The translations under genes and the position numbers were made by a program. The notes under the pieces are model-generated. The model ran no database searches. It saw nothing but the letters and a program-made list of their open reading frames with translations, and had not been told where the DNA came from. Shown in pieces: positions 10,626 through 19,426 of a stretch of DNA of 64,000 bases; within the stretch, counting starts at the first letter, position 1; the number at the start of each line of letters is the position of its first letter. This stretch comes from a virus. Lineage: Duplodnaviria > Heunggongvirae > Uroviricota > Caudoviricetes. The stretch covers positions 9,605 to 73,604 of the IMG/VR virus record IMGVR_UViG_3300045988_166199; one strand, 5' to 3'.

Positions 10626-10701
10626 GCCGGTTTAGCTCAGTTGGTAGAGCGCCTGCCTTGTAAGCAGGATGTCAGCGGTTCGAGTCCGTTAACCGGCACC
10701 A
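10626..10701 (+). tRNA. tRNA-Thr (anticodon TGT)
   Basis: Acceptor gccggtt/aaccggc, D-arm tagctcagttggtagagc, anticodon loop ctTGTaa, T-loop ggttcgagtcc, CCA. Confidence 0.75.
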
Positions 10702-10925
10702 ATACAACGATAAGATCATTACGGTTAATCGTCGTTCATGTGCACAATGACTGGTCGAAAGGTAGTGATCTTACCGTTGTGGTGGATTCGCAGACTGATG
10801 CGATAGCTTTCTTGGATGTTAGGGAAATGCGGCCGCAAATCTTCCCTTTCGCGAGCGGTGATCGTCCGTAGTCCTAATTGGCTGCACCGTATGCCGGAGA
10901 TTCAGTACCGGCCACCACAACGGCC

Positions 10926-11012
10926 GGAGAGTAGGGAGCATGGTGCTCAAGCGGTCTTGAAAATCGTCCCATTGTGCAAACGATGATGGTTCGATTCCAT
11001 TACTCTCCGCCA
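10926..11012 (+). tRNA. tRNA-like gene with long variable arm (possibly tRNA-Ser, anticodon TGA; atypical D-arm)
   Basis: Acceptor ggagagt/actctcc, T-loop ggttcgattcc, CCA end; anticodon stem weak and D-loop short, so isotype uncertain. Confidence 0.5.
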
Positions 11013-11167
11013 GACACAGCGTTGAGCGGTTTGGCCTTTTAATCAACTCGATTAAGACTCCGCTAACATAAACCAGACCGCTCAACGCTGTGATTGACAA
11101 TTACGGCAGACGTTCTTAACCATAGCTTGCTAACATCCTAGCAACACTTTTTTTCAGCGCAATATTC

Positions 11168-11190
11168 AAAGGGGCTTCGGCCCCTTTTCT
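11168..11190. terminator. hairpin terminator (bidirectional)
   Basis: aaaggggc ttcg gccccttttct. Confidence 0.5.
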
Positions 11191-12402
11191 TCAAAAAAGT
11201 TTTATAAATTCATAATTCTGGTCAATTAAGGATTCAATACACACCATGCAAAAATCTACATCGTTAAAATCAGGTGTGTAATATTCATCCTCATAACATT
11301 CATTTAGACCTTCAATCAATTTTTCTTTAAAAACTCCCCACGTTTCAATATGAACCATTTCCATATAAGGCGCATGTGTATGTACTTGCAATACATCCCA
11401 GGTGTCTATAACCTCGATCCGCGGCTTGCAATTAATTTTTTCTAAATATGCCCTCCCAGAATTGTAAATTTTCGACATTGATGCCCCAAAACCTGATGGT
11501 TGGTAATGAGTGTAAATGTCATAAATTTTTTGTCCTATTCTAGGGAGTTGAGAAGCATTGGATATTTGTGGCGAATGAAAGTATCGCTCTATGGAAGAAA
11601 ACGCAGAAACATTAACTAGAGTAATCGTATATGGTGCTAAAGTTCTCTCGTTCAAATTTCTACATAAAATAGCAAACCCATGGCTATTAGTCTTTTCACC
11701 GTCTGAGGACATTTTTGCCATGCTGGCTTTAATAACATTCAATTTCGAATGTAAACGAGAAGTGGAAGTCGGTTGATTATACATTTCATCATCATACAAA
11801 CATATATGAAACCCGCCAAGATGACGAAATGAGAACTTGAGTGCTTCTTCCGCAATAACTAATTTATTAATATCTAAAGGAGTAAGTGATACGTTACCTT
11901 GTAAATCATAGCAAGGTTCTAAACATAGAAAGTTTTTCTTCTGCCACACGATCATATTAAAAATAAAGTGTCTAACCAAAGGTGGCCAGTCAGGTGATAT
12001 AAGTACATTGGTAATATCTCCATCAGACAAGTATGACAAGTAACTTTTTAGTTCCGCAGCATATGCCACTAGCTCAGTTCCAGCTTCCCTTGTTGGTGTT
12101 GAAAAATTTTTTAACTCAATAAGAACTAAGGATTCATTCTCTGTTGAATAAGCAACGACATCAGGTCTTAATATCTCAGATTTTGTTGCTGAGATATTCT
12201 CATCATCTGTCATTAAATGTAACAATGTTATGTTCTTTAAACAAAACTGATAACTCTCCTTAATTTTTTTCTCTTCGGGTCTTTTCGGATTAAATTCATT
12301 TAATTTATCAATATTGATGATTGAATTATATAATCCATCTTGATCAGATAATTTGTCAATTATCCAATTTTGCATTTCCTTTTCGCTTAAAAATATTGAC
12401 AC
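11191..12402 (-). CDS. hypothetical protein, downstream partner of Abi-like gene (403 aa; AbiGii-like size; possible PD..(D/E)xK-like motif)
   Basis: Co-directional, 26-bp spacing from upstream gene; AT-rich codon usage; segment ILRPDVVAYS...LVLIELK compatible with a nuclease-type D...ExK motif (inference only). Confidence 0.55.
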   Translation of the reverse strand: MSIFLSEKEMQNWIIDKLSDQDGLYNSIINIDKLNEFNPKRPEEKKIKESYQFCLKNITLLHLMTDDENISATKSEILRPDVVAYSTENESLVLIELKNFSTPTREAGTELVAYAAELKSYLSYLSDGDITNVLISPDWPPLVRHFIFNMIVWQKKNFLCLEPCYDLQGNVSLTPLDINKLVIAEEALKFSFRHLGGFHICLYDDEMYNQPTSTSRLHSKLNVIKASMAKMSSDGEKTNSHGFAILCRNLNERTLAPYTITLVNVSAFSSIERYFHSPQISNASQLPRIGQKIYDIYTHYQPSGFGASMSKIYNSGRAYLEKINCKPRIEVIDTWDVLQVHTHAPYMEMVHIETWGVFKEKLIEGLNECYEDEYYTPDFNDVDFCMVCIESLIDQNYEFIKLF

Positions 12403-12428
12403 TAATTAGGCTCCCGTTAAACCAAAAA

Positions 12429-13295
12429 TTAAAAATCTTGCTTTACTTTATCCATGGTCAGAATTTTGCTAATAATTGAAGATTCAAATCCATCTAAACC
12501 TGAGAGAAAGTTAATTAGCTTTTGGATATGTTGTTCTTTAGGTATAAGTATATATTTTATATCATTGAACTCAAAATCAATGCCAAACTTTGAAAATTTT
12601 GAGCTAATTTTTGCTTTGTCATCAGAAGTGATAACACGCTCCAAACTCAGACTAGGCCATAAATCACCAATAAAAGGAGCTGGCACATAACGCCACTCTT
12701 TCTCGTCTGCATATATATAATTCTCTATTGTTTTATTATCTTTTCGCTCTAGCTTGCCTCTGTAATTTTTCATATAACGCAGTAAATTATATAGATCAGA
12801 ATATTCTGCTTTCAATTTCTCAAACTCTATTCTGTTTTTGGTATCTAAATTTCCTCTAGCCTTCCAAAGCGGCACCAACTTATTTTTAATAAGTCGAATT
12901 CTGGCATTGTATTTAGAAAATATTTCACTACTCTTATTCATATATAGAACTGGGTGTAGACCTTTCTTTTCCGCCCAAGACTTAGTTAGCCCAAGACCGA
13001 ATTCTCCATATTTTCCGCTATGATCTCTGATTTGTGATAGTTTTATGTCACAAAACGATACCATTGGTACTGCAAACCTCCTGCGTCCCCCGACTCCTCT
13101 TATTTCCTCGCGAGCAAGAAATGGTTTAAAATATTTCTCAGCCAATATGCTATAGAAAGCATCTTCGTTTTTTGTAAAATGAAACAACGTGGTTGGATGA
13201 AGACTATAAACAGATTCAACATTCGCATCAGGATTTTCAAGGATAGTCATTTTACACCTTGTGGAAAGCCAGTTTAGTTCTGTAAATAGTATCAC
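12429..13295 (-). CDS. abortive-infection-like protein (AbiGi-like, 288 aa)
   Basis: Motifs LFHFT, VPMVSFCDIKLSQ, YGEFGLGL.K.WAEKKGL.PVLY resemble AbiGi-type proteins as recalled from memory; AT-rich; first gene of a two-gene operon. Confidence 0.55.
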   Translation of the reverse strand: MILFTELNWLSTRCKMTILENPDANVESVYSLHPTTLFHFTKNEDAFYSILAEKYFKPFLAREEIRGVGGRRRFAVPMVSFCDIKLSQIRDHSGKYGEFGLGLTKSWAEKKGLHPVLYMNKSSEIFSKYNARIRLIKNKLVPLWKARGNLDTKNRIEFEKLKAEYSDLYNLLRYMKNYRGKLERKDNKTIENYIYADEKEWRYVPAPFIGDLWPSLSLERVITSDDKAKISSKFSKFGIDFEFNDIKYILIPKEQHIQKLINFLSGLDGFESSIISKILTMDKVKQDF

Positions 13296-13399
13296 ACGAC
13301 AGGCGGCTATTCTTCTATCAATAAATGATAGGTAAGCACTTACTTTTTACGCACGTTAACTGTATAGTTCTTTCGGATACTCACTTGAAAGGACTCAAT

Positions 13400-13543
13400 A
13401 TGGGAAATAAATGTAAACATGCGCGTCGCGCATCTCGTCAGGTGCAGAAGTCAAATCCATACATTCACGAGCACTACCACCTCAGCTCTTTCACTAACCG
13501 CTACACGTTCCCCAGCGAAGCGCATAACGAGGCAAAGCAATGA
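13400..13543 (+). CDS. small basic protein (about 47 aa; ORF track 13325..13543)
   Basis: Internal ATG start MGNKCKHARRASRQ; stop overlaps glutaredoxin start (ATGA). Confidence 0.3.
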   Translation: MGNKCKHARRASRQVQKSNPYIHEHYHLSSFTNRYTFPSEAHNEAKQ

Positions 13544-13785
13544 CGATCACTATCTATGGACGAGATAACTGCTCATACTGCAAACGTGCGGTCGAGCTGG
13601 CGAAGCAGCTTCACGGTCACGGTTTTGGCGATTACGAATACATCGATATTGTGTCTGCTGGGATAGACAAAGAGAAATTGAGCGCCCTGGTTGGCAAGCC
13701 GGTGGAGACCATACCGCAGGTGTTCGTAAATGGCGAATCTATCGGTGGCTATACGGAATTCGCCGCTCTGGTGAGTACATTATAA
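13540..13785 (+). CDS. glutaredoxin-like protein (NrdC/NrdH-type)
   Basis: CxxC active site CSYC near N-terminus, 81 aa thioredoxin-fold pattern, C-terminal GG.YTEF; followed by terminator. Confidence 0.8.
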   Translation: MTITIYGRDNCSYCKRAVELAKQLHGHGFGDYEYIDIVSAGIDKEKLSALVGKPVETIPQVFVNGESIGGYTEFAALVSTL

Positions 13786-13788
13786 TTA

Positions 13789-13811
13789 AGAGCCGCTTAG
13801 GCGGCTTTTTA
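13789..13811 (+). terminator. rho-independent terminator
   Basis: agccgc ttag gcggc ttttt. Confidence 0.7.
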
Positions 13812-13977
13812 CATGAAAGTGTGCGCTCAAATCAACTATATCTATGAAAAGGACAGTTATAAATATTAAAAATATCTAAAATCCCTTCCGATATATGAAT
13901 TATCAGATTAAAATTTCACACAATGTGCTTTTAATGAGTTATTATTTCACCTTTTGTTGCCTTTACAGTTTAGGTTT

Positions 13978-14967
13978 TCACGTCACGATTATTCTTTTAC
14001 CTTGTCTATCTTTAATCTCAGTCACATACCCTTTCAGTGCCTCTTCATTTAGTAACAGAGCCTCTAATTTCATATCACCAATGATAATGGAGTATATAAG
14101 GTTATAATATGCACATAGTTTTTCATGTATTTCAGGAGAAATGTTTCTACCACGGTGATAATCCATTCCATAAACCGAATCAATTCCTGAGTTCACTATC
14201 TTCATCTGAATTTCAAAAAAATCATTATTTAAATCAAAGTAAACAATAGGGACCTCATATCTTCTGCTAGAAAAATCCATTGGTGATAGATAGTTAAGAC
14301 CATTTGCACTGACCTTCACTTGAATTCCAGCCTGTATACCTGAATTCGACGTTGGAGCAGAAATAAGTAATTGAGAAAGTGGGTCTCGTTTGTCTATCCA
14401 CACAATGTCCCGTTGAGTATCATTAGGTTGATATTTAGTAGGATAGTTAATTTTCGTATAGTTGAGTCCAGTCCCAACAGCTTTATAATTAGACAAACTA
14501 TCTGTGAAAGGGGTATATCTCTTTGCTAATAATGCCCAGTTTTCATTTTGTTTCGCGTTTTTTTCACATTCTTCAACAATGAGTGCTTCCGCAATTTTAC
14601 CTAATATTCTCATAGTTGTTTTATGGGGATCTAGTTCGATAATGATGTTTGACTTGATCACTCCTTCTTCATTAATACCAACAAGACCTAACTCTTTATC
14701 CATGAGTTCAAATAAATTTTCCCCATGCTCAATTGCTAACAAAGCTGAAGGTCGTGATAATAATGAAGAGTTATTCCAATCTCCGAGGGAGATATCCAGA
14801 CCTAAATCAATACCTTTAGTCGTCACTACTAGCTGAGGTTTGGGAGGCGTAGCCCCTAATAACTCAGATAGCGTGTTGACTTCCGGTGTCTCTTTTATCA
14901 TTTTTCTTATCCTGTTGCAGCGATCGCATGACAATACTATAAAACCAGCCATTTTCAAGTAAATCAA
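13978..14967 (-). CDS. hypothetical protein (329 aa ORF; likely start at internal Met MIKETPEV with AGGA RBS)
   Basis: Long AT-rich ORF between glutaredoxin and integrase; no confident domain. Confidence 0.55.
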   Translation of the reverse strand: MIYLKMAGFIVLSCDRCNRIRKMIKETPEVNTLSELLGATPPKPQLVVTTKGIDLGLDISLGDWNNSSLLSRPSALLAIEHGENLFELMDKELGLVGINEEGVIKSNIIIELDPHKTTMRILGKIAEALIVEECEKNAKQNENWALLAKRYTPFTDSLSNYKAVGTGLNYTKINYPTKYQPNDTQRDIVWIDKRDPLSQLLISAPTSNSGIQAGIQVKVSANGLNYLSPMDFSSRRYEVPIVYFDLNNDFFEIQMKIVNSGIDSVYGMDYHRGRNISPEIHEKLCAYYNLIYSIIIGDMKLEALLLNEEALKGYVTEIKDRQGKRIIVT

Positions 14968-15044
14968 TTACCTTTTAGGTGATGAAGATAAAAGTGAAGC
15001 CAACCCCTCCGTTCGAAAAGATAGATTCAAAAAAATCGCCCCCC

Positions 15045-15077
15045 AATGATTCCATACCTACTATGTATGGAATCATT
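15045..15077. promoter_or_regulatory. perfect 12-bp inverted repeat with 9-bp spacer upstream of integrase (candidate recombinase core site or operator)
   Basis: aatgattccata cctactatg tatggaatcatt; left arm also occurs as direct repeats at 9237 and 10250. Confidence 0.5.
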
Positions 15078-15175
15078 ACTGAAAATGAGTTACTTTTACT
15101 CTTGATCCTATAAGAATCTATGCCTAATATACTGTTTACTTATACAGTGCATCGGCGTAACTCGGTGATTGTCAT

Positions 15176-16279
15176 ATGAAAAATAGCTTTGACAGAGCAC
15201 GCGCTGCGGAGAACACCTCAAAAGAGGCGATTGAGTATCTCGAAAGAGCATCTCAAATGCAGGCCGTTATGATCTCCCAGGTCAGCAATGACATGAGATT
15301 CTCGGACGCATTCATGTTATTCACTCGCTTATCTCTGCTGATAACAAGACGTCGGCCAGAGATCGCTGTTCATTGTATTTTGATACATGTTTTGCCGCAC
15401 ATTGCCGATGTAAAAGTAAGTGATATTAATAGGTTCATGGTGAACCAACTGGTCAACCCACTAATACTGGATGGCAAAATTGTTATGGGTCGCCGCGTTT
15501 TCTCTCTGATGAAGCAGTTCCTCAGCTGGTGCGCCTTCCAGGGGATGATCGACGTGTCACCGTTAAACGATATGTCACTTAACAAAGTTGCCGGTGGCGC
15601 AAAGCCCACACCTCGCGAGCGGAAGCTGACCGACGCAGAGGTATGGGTGTTCTGGAATATATGGGACTACTTCAATGTGTGTGCTGGTACAAAATGGGCG
15701 GCCAGGCTATGTCTTGTATCCGCAAGACGACCTGACGAAGTACTGCGGGCTAAAAAAAGTGAGTTCAATCTTAAGCGTGGGGTTTGGAATCAAGGCAAGA
15801 GGAACAAATCTGCCCGTGAGCATTCTCTGCCTTTAAGCTCATTAATGCGCACATGTATTGAAGAGTTGTTCGAATATGGTAAAGACAGCCAGTGGCTCGT
15901 GCCTTCGAATAAAAAAATCGGGAAAGACCTTCCTATGTCTAAAGTGGCAATAGCCCAGGCATTACGTCGTATTCTGGAACGACCAGAACTGATGGAGCTT
16001 GAGCCATTTACACCCCGAGATTTGCGCCGTACTGCGCGTAGTTACTTCCCAGCATTAGGCATAAGCCAGGAGGTATCACGTAAAATCATGAACCACAGTC
16101 TTGAGGGGATAGATCGGGTCTACGACCGGCACGATTATATGGACGAGATGCGAGACGCCTTAGAAAGTTTCTCGACGTACATCGCATCAATCGTAGAGCA
16201 ACCGGATTTAGACGAAATTGACCACAAATTTAAGGGAGATCGTCTATCAACAGAGCTTATTCGTGTAAATTTTTCATAG
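15176..16279 (+). CDS. tyrosine-type site-specific integrase
   Basis: C-terminal catalytic motifs: R in LVSARRPDE, RDLRRTARS box II, NHS...RVYDRHDY with tyrosine nucleophile; lacks a recognisable P4-type N-terminal arm-binding domain. Confidence 0.8.
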   Translation: MKNSFDRARAAENTSKEAIEYLERASQMQAVMISQVSNDMRFSDAFMLFTRLSLLITRRRPEIAVHCILIHVLPHIADVKVSDINRFMVNQLVNPLILDGKIVMGRRVFSLMKQFLSWCAFQGMIDVSPLNDMSLNKVAGGAKPTPRERKLTDAEVWVFWNIWDYFNVCAGTKWAARLCLVSARRPDEVLRAKKSEFNLKRGVWNQGKRNKSAREHSLPLSSLMRTCIEELFEYGKDSQWLVPSNKKIGKDLPMSKVAIAQALRRILERPELMELEPFTPRDLRRTARSYFPALGISQEVSRKIMNHSLEGIDRVYDRHDYMDEMRDALESFSTYIASIVEQPDLDEIDHKFKGDRLSTELIRVNFS

Positions 16280-16666
16280 AGACTTTATGGCCTCAACAAC
16301 CTTTTGTGATGCGCCTTTCTCTTTACCGAATCGCTCGTTATATGCAGCAAGAACCTGTTTTTCGTCCTCGTTAAGAGGAGCAGTGCCTTCTTTGTATAAA
16401 AATGCTGCGAGTTCGGGTTGGCGTTCTTCCAGCACCATCATCATAAGACGACTTGGCTCAATACCCAGTGCCAGCGCCAGCGGACGAACCTTATCGATAG
16501 GCAAAGGAATTTTGCCGCTTTTAATTAAAGAAAGGTTGTTGGCGTTTTTATACCCAATTGTTTTGGCTATCTGGGCCTGGCTCATAGGTGAGGATTCAAT
16601 CAACCCTGCGATAAAAGCAGCGTAGCGACTTTCTATAAATTCAATCTTGTTATCAGACATGGTCAC
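16274..16666 (-). CDS. XRE-family helix-turn-helix transcriptional regulator
   Basis: HTH motif SQAQIAKTIGYKNANNLSLIKSGK; convergent with and overlapping integrase 3' end. Confidence 0.7.
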   Translation of the reverse strand: MTMSDNKIEFIESRYAAFIAGLIESSPMSQAQIAKTIGYKNANNLSLIKSGKIPLPIDKVRPLALALGIEPSRLMMMVLEERQPELAAFLYKEGTAPLNEDEKQVLAAYNERFGKEKGASQKVVEAIKSL

Positions 16667-16911
16667 AACCTTTGCGCGTTCAATTCTCTCTGGTAAGTGC
16701 TTACCGATATTACATCAAAGGTTAGGGTTGTAAAGCTATTATCATTTTTTTCGATAGGCACTTAAAAGACCGGTTAAAGGCCATTGCACGGAGAAAAATT
16801 AGCCCAAAATAGGTAAGAAAAGTAACTTGCATATGATATGAATGTATTCAGTATTGATACAAATTTTAGTAGTATTCCTTACCATAGTATAAGTTAGAAT
16901 GGATTGATTGA

Positions 16912-17124
16912 ATGAACACCACTATTTCCAGCCTAATCGCTCTTGAGATCGGACACGTACAAAAATTAGCTGTTGAGTGTGTAACAGACATCCTTACCGA
17001 TCTACCGAATGAGCAGATTCAGGTTGGTGTGAATGACACCACTGGCTTTATATTCGAACTTAACAACAAACGCTTCACGCTTCTCAATACCGGCTCCGGG
17101 TCTTTAGCCGTCAGAATCTGTTAA
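16912..17124 (+). CDS. hypothetical small protein (70 aa)
   Basis: ORF in intergenic region, followed by hairpin ctgcgcgaa...ttcgcgcag. Confidence 0.3.
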   Translation: MNTTISSLIALEIGHVQKLAVECVTDILTDLPNEQIQVGVNDTTGFIFELNNKRFTLLNTGSGSLAVRIC

Positions 17125-17222
17125 CCCCTCTTCTCCCTGCGCGAATGGCTTAGTTCCCTGTTCGCGCAGTGCTACATTAAACACACTAGTAAATAATTTG
17201 TTTTCATAACAAAGGATTAGCC

Positions 17223-19331
17223 ATGTCTAAAAAACGTTCCATCAAAGAGGTTCAGGACTTCCGTGACAGTGTAAAACGAGTAGTCGCTCTCCTTTCAGGT
17301 AAAAACATCCCTGTTGCAGAACGAGGGGACGACGCTTATGTACGCTATAACGATGATGGAGAGCCAATTCTCGTAAACATCCCATCAATCCCGGATAACG
17401 CAACACCGGCATTGATGAATGCTGTGCGCGGATTTCTCGATCATGAGGTTGCTCACATTTTGTTTACCGATATTCGTGTGTCCAACAAAATGAGAGAAAA
17501 AGGACGCGTTCCTTCCTGGTCGCTATGGAATGCCTTAGAAGACGTGTTCATCGAGCGAAAAATGGGTCAGGTCTTTAACGGAACAAGACGTAATCTGATG
17601 GCAACTCAGCGCCTTATAATCGAAAAAGTCTTTAAACCAAAGGCTTCAGAGGCTATTGCTTATTGTGGCAAAGATCAGCGCGCGCTTTTTCTAAACTTCT
17701 TTCTCTGTCCGGTTGTAAGAGCCTGGGATGGCCAAGCACCGTTCGTAGATTTCATGGATGAATACTGGCCTGTCATTGAGAAACCAATTTCATTATTAAA
17801 AAAACATGGTATCGATGTGGCCGCGCGTAACATGTCCTGCACCGAGGATTGTGTAAAGGTGGCTGCGACCATAGCTAAGATCCTCAAAGACACTGAAAGT
17901 GAAAGCAAAGGTAAGGAGTCAGCTCCGGGAAAAACTCCCGATCCTTCAGACGCTGACCAAGCGGATTCCTCTGGAGAAAGTAATGAAGACAATGAAGATC
18001 ACAAGACACATGAGATGCTAGATAACCACATATCTATAGATGATGAGTCACAAGGTAAGTACATACATGATAATAACGATAGTGATGATTCAGATAATTC
18101 TGAATCATCAGAAACAATATTCGATGATACAAAAAATGATAAAGAGGTATTAGATTCTGATACTTCCAATAGCGCGACGACAGAAGCAACTACCTCGGAT
18201 CACGAAAAAAGAAAAACGGCAGAAGACGGCTCTTCAGACATTCCCACTCCGTCCAAAATGAGTCTGGAAGAGGCTTTAGAGGAGCTTGATAGCATGGAAG
18301 ATGAAGTCGGAGGCATGACAGAAGATGCACTATCCGAAACGATTAAAAGCGAGTTAACAGAAAGCTCGAAAAGCGAATACAGGCCATACAATCGCTCATA
18401 CGACTTCATCGGTTCGATTGATCAGGCAGAAGCCCATATCAAACGGCTTATTAAAACATTCTCCGATATTGATTTAGGTGGATATCCAATCAGCCGTTAT
18501 CGCATCGTTCCTGAAGGCAACCAACTCTTCGACAAATATATTGAAAAGCATCTTTCGTCAGGTGTTTCGTCGACGCTGGCAAAAGACCTGGAGCGTGCAA
18601 TTGCAAGCAGAAACAGAGTTCAGTTTATACCGGGCCAGCGTCGGGGGCGCATTCATGGTTCTAGTATCTACAGATTAGCAATGAATGATGATCGCGTGTT
18701 TCGTAAAAAAGAAGAATCTAAGGCCGTTAACGCCTGTGTTCAACAAGTGATTGATTTATCAGGTTCAATGAGCGGCGAAACGATTAAACTGGCTCTTGCA
18801 AGTGCATATACCATCGCCGATGCGCTTGATCGAATAAATGTTCCCAACATTATCACCGGCTTCACAACATTTGGTAGTCATATGGCAGCAGGAGAGCTTA
18901 AGGCAATCAAGTATGAGTTCTCTCGCTTTGAATCTTTAATGCTACCTATCATCAAAAATTGGAATGAAAAGGCCAATTCTCGCGAAGTTCGCTCACGTAT
19001 GGGGTGCGTAGGCTACACATTCCCACTTCTTAATAACGTGGATGGTGAAAGCATAGCCAGCCTTGCATCGTTATTTTCTGGTCGCATGGAGGACAAGAAG
19101 ATCATGCTTGTTCTAAGCGATGGCGCGCCGTGGGCTGTTGGGAGAGGTTTTGACGCTCATTTGCGTTCGGTTGCGAAGCAAATTGAAACGCAGACTGACA
19201 TTGATTTGATGGCAATTGGCATCATGACTGACGCACCGGAGAGATTTTACGCAAACCATGCCCTGGTAACGAGCGTTGATAGTCTTGGTTCATCTGTAGT
19301 TACTGAACTATCTCGTATCATTTTGAAGTGA
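17223..19331 (+). CDS. CobT-like protein with C-terminal von Willebrand factor A domain
   Basis: C-terminal MIDAS motif VIDLSGSMSG; long acidic D/E/S-rich linker; N-terminal HExxH (DHEVAHILF); followed by AAA+ partner. Confidence 0.7.
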   Translation: MSKKRSIKEVQDFRDSVKRVVALLSGKNIPVAERGDDAYVRYNDDGEPILVNIPSIPDNATPALMNAVRGFLDHEVAHILFTDIRVSNKMREKGRVPSWSLWNALEDVFIERKMGQVFNGTRRNLMATQRLIIEKVFKPKASEAIAYCGKDQRALFLNFFLCPVVRAWDGQAPFVDFMDEYWPVIEKPISLLKKHGIDVAARNMSCTEDCVKVAATIAKILKDTESESKGKESAPGKTPDPSDADQADSSGESNEDNEDHKTHEMLDNHISIDDESQGKYIHDNNDSDDSDNSESSETIFDDTKNDKEVLDSDTSNSATTEATTSDHEKRKTAEDGSSDIPTPSKMSLEEALEELDSMEDEVGGMTEDALSETIKSELTESSKSEYRPYNRSYDFIGSIDQAEAHIKRLIKTFSDIDLGGYPISRYRIVPEGNQLFDKYIEKHLSSGVSSTLAKDLERAIASRNRVQFIPGQRRGRIHGSSIYRLAMNDDRVFRKKEESKAVNACVQQVIDLSGSMSGETIKLALASAYTIADALDRINVPNIITGFTTFGSHMAAGELKAIKYEFSRFESLMLPIIKNWNEKANSREVRSRMGCVGYTFPLLNNVDGESIASLASLFSGRMEDKKIMLVLSDGAPWAVGRGFDAHLRSVAKQIETQTDIDLMAIGIMTDAPERFYANHALVTSVDSLGSSVVTELSRIILK

Positions 19332-19426
19332 TTAGAATAGCCTTAATGATAAGTAATCACTTACGATATTTGATGGTATATTTATATAAGAAGTTGAAAG
19401 CTCATTAGAAAACAAAGGAAAAACGC

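Noticed and set aside
10360-11100. Short ORFs overlapping the tRNA genes (10360..10584, 10481..10663, 10584..10871, 10819..11100)
   Set aside because: They overlap tRNA structures and each other; translations are low-complexity.
13978-14967. Calling the 329-aa protein a HEPN RNase from a single R-x6-H motif
   Set aside because: A lone Rx4-6H occurrence is common by chance; mentioned only as a weak hint, not used for annotation.
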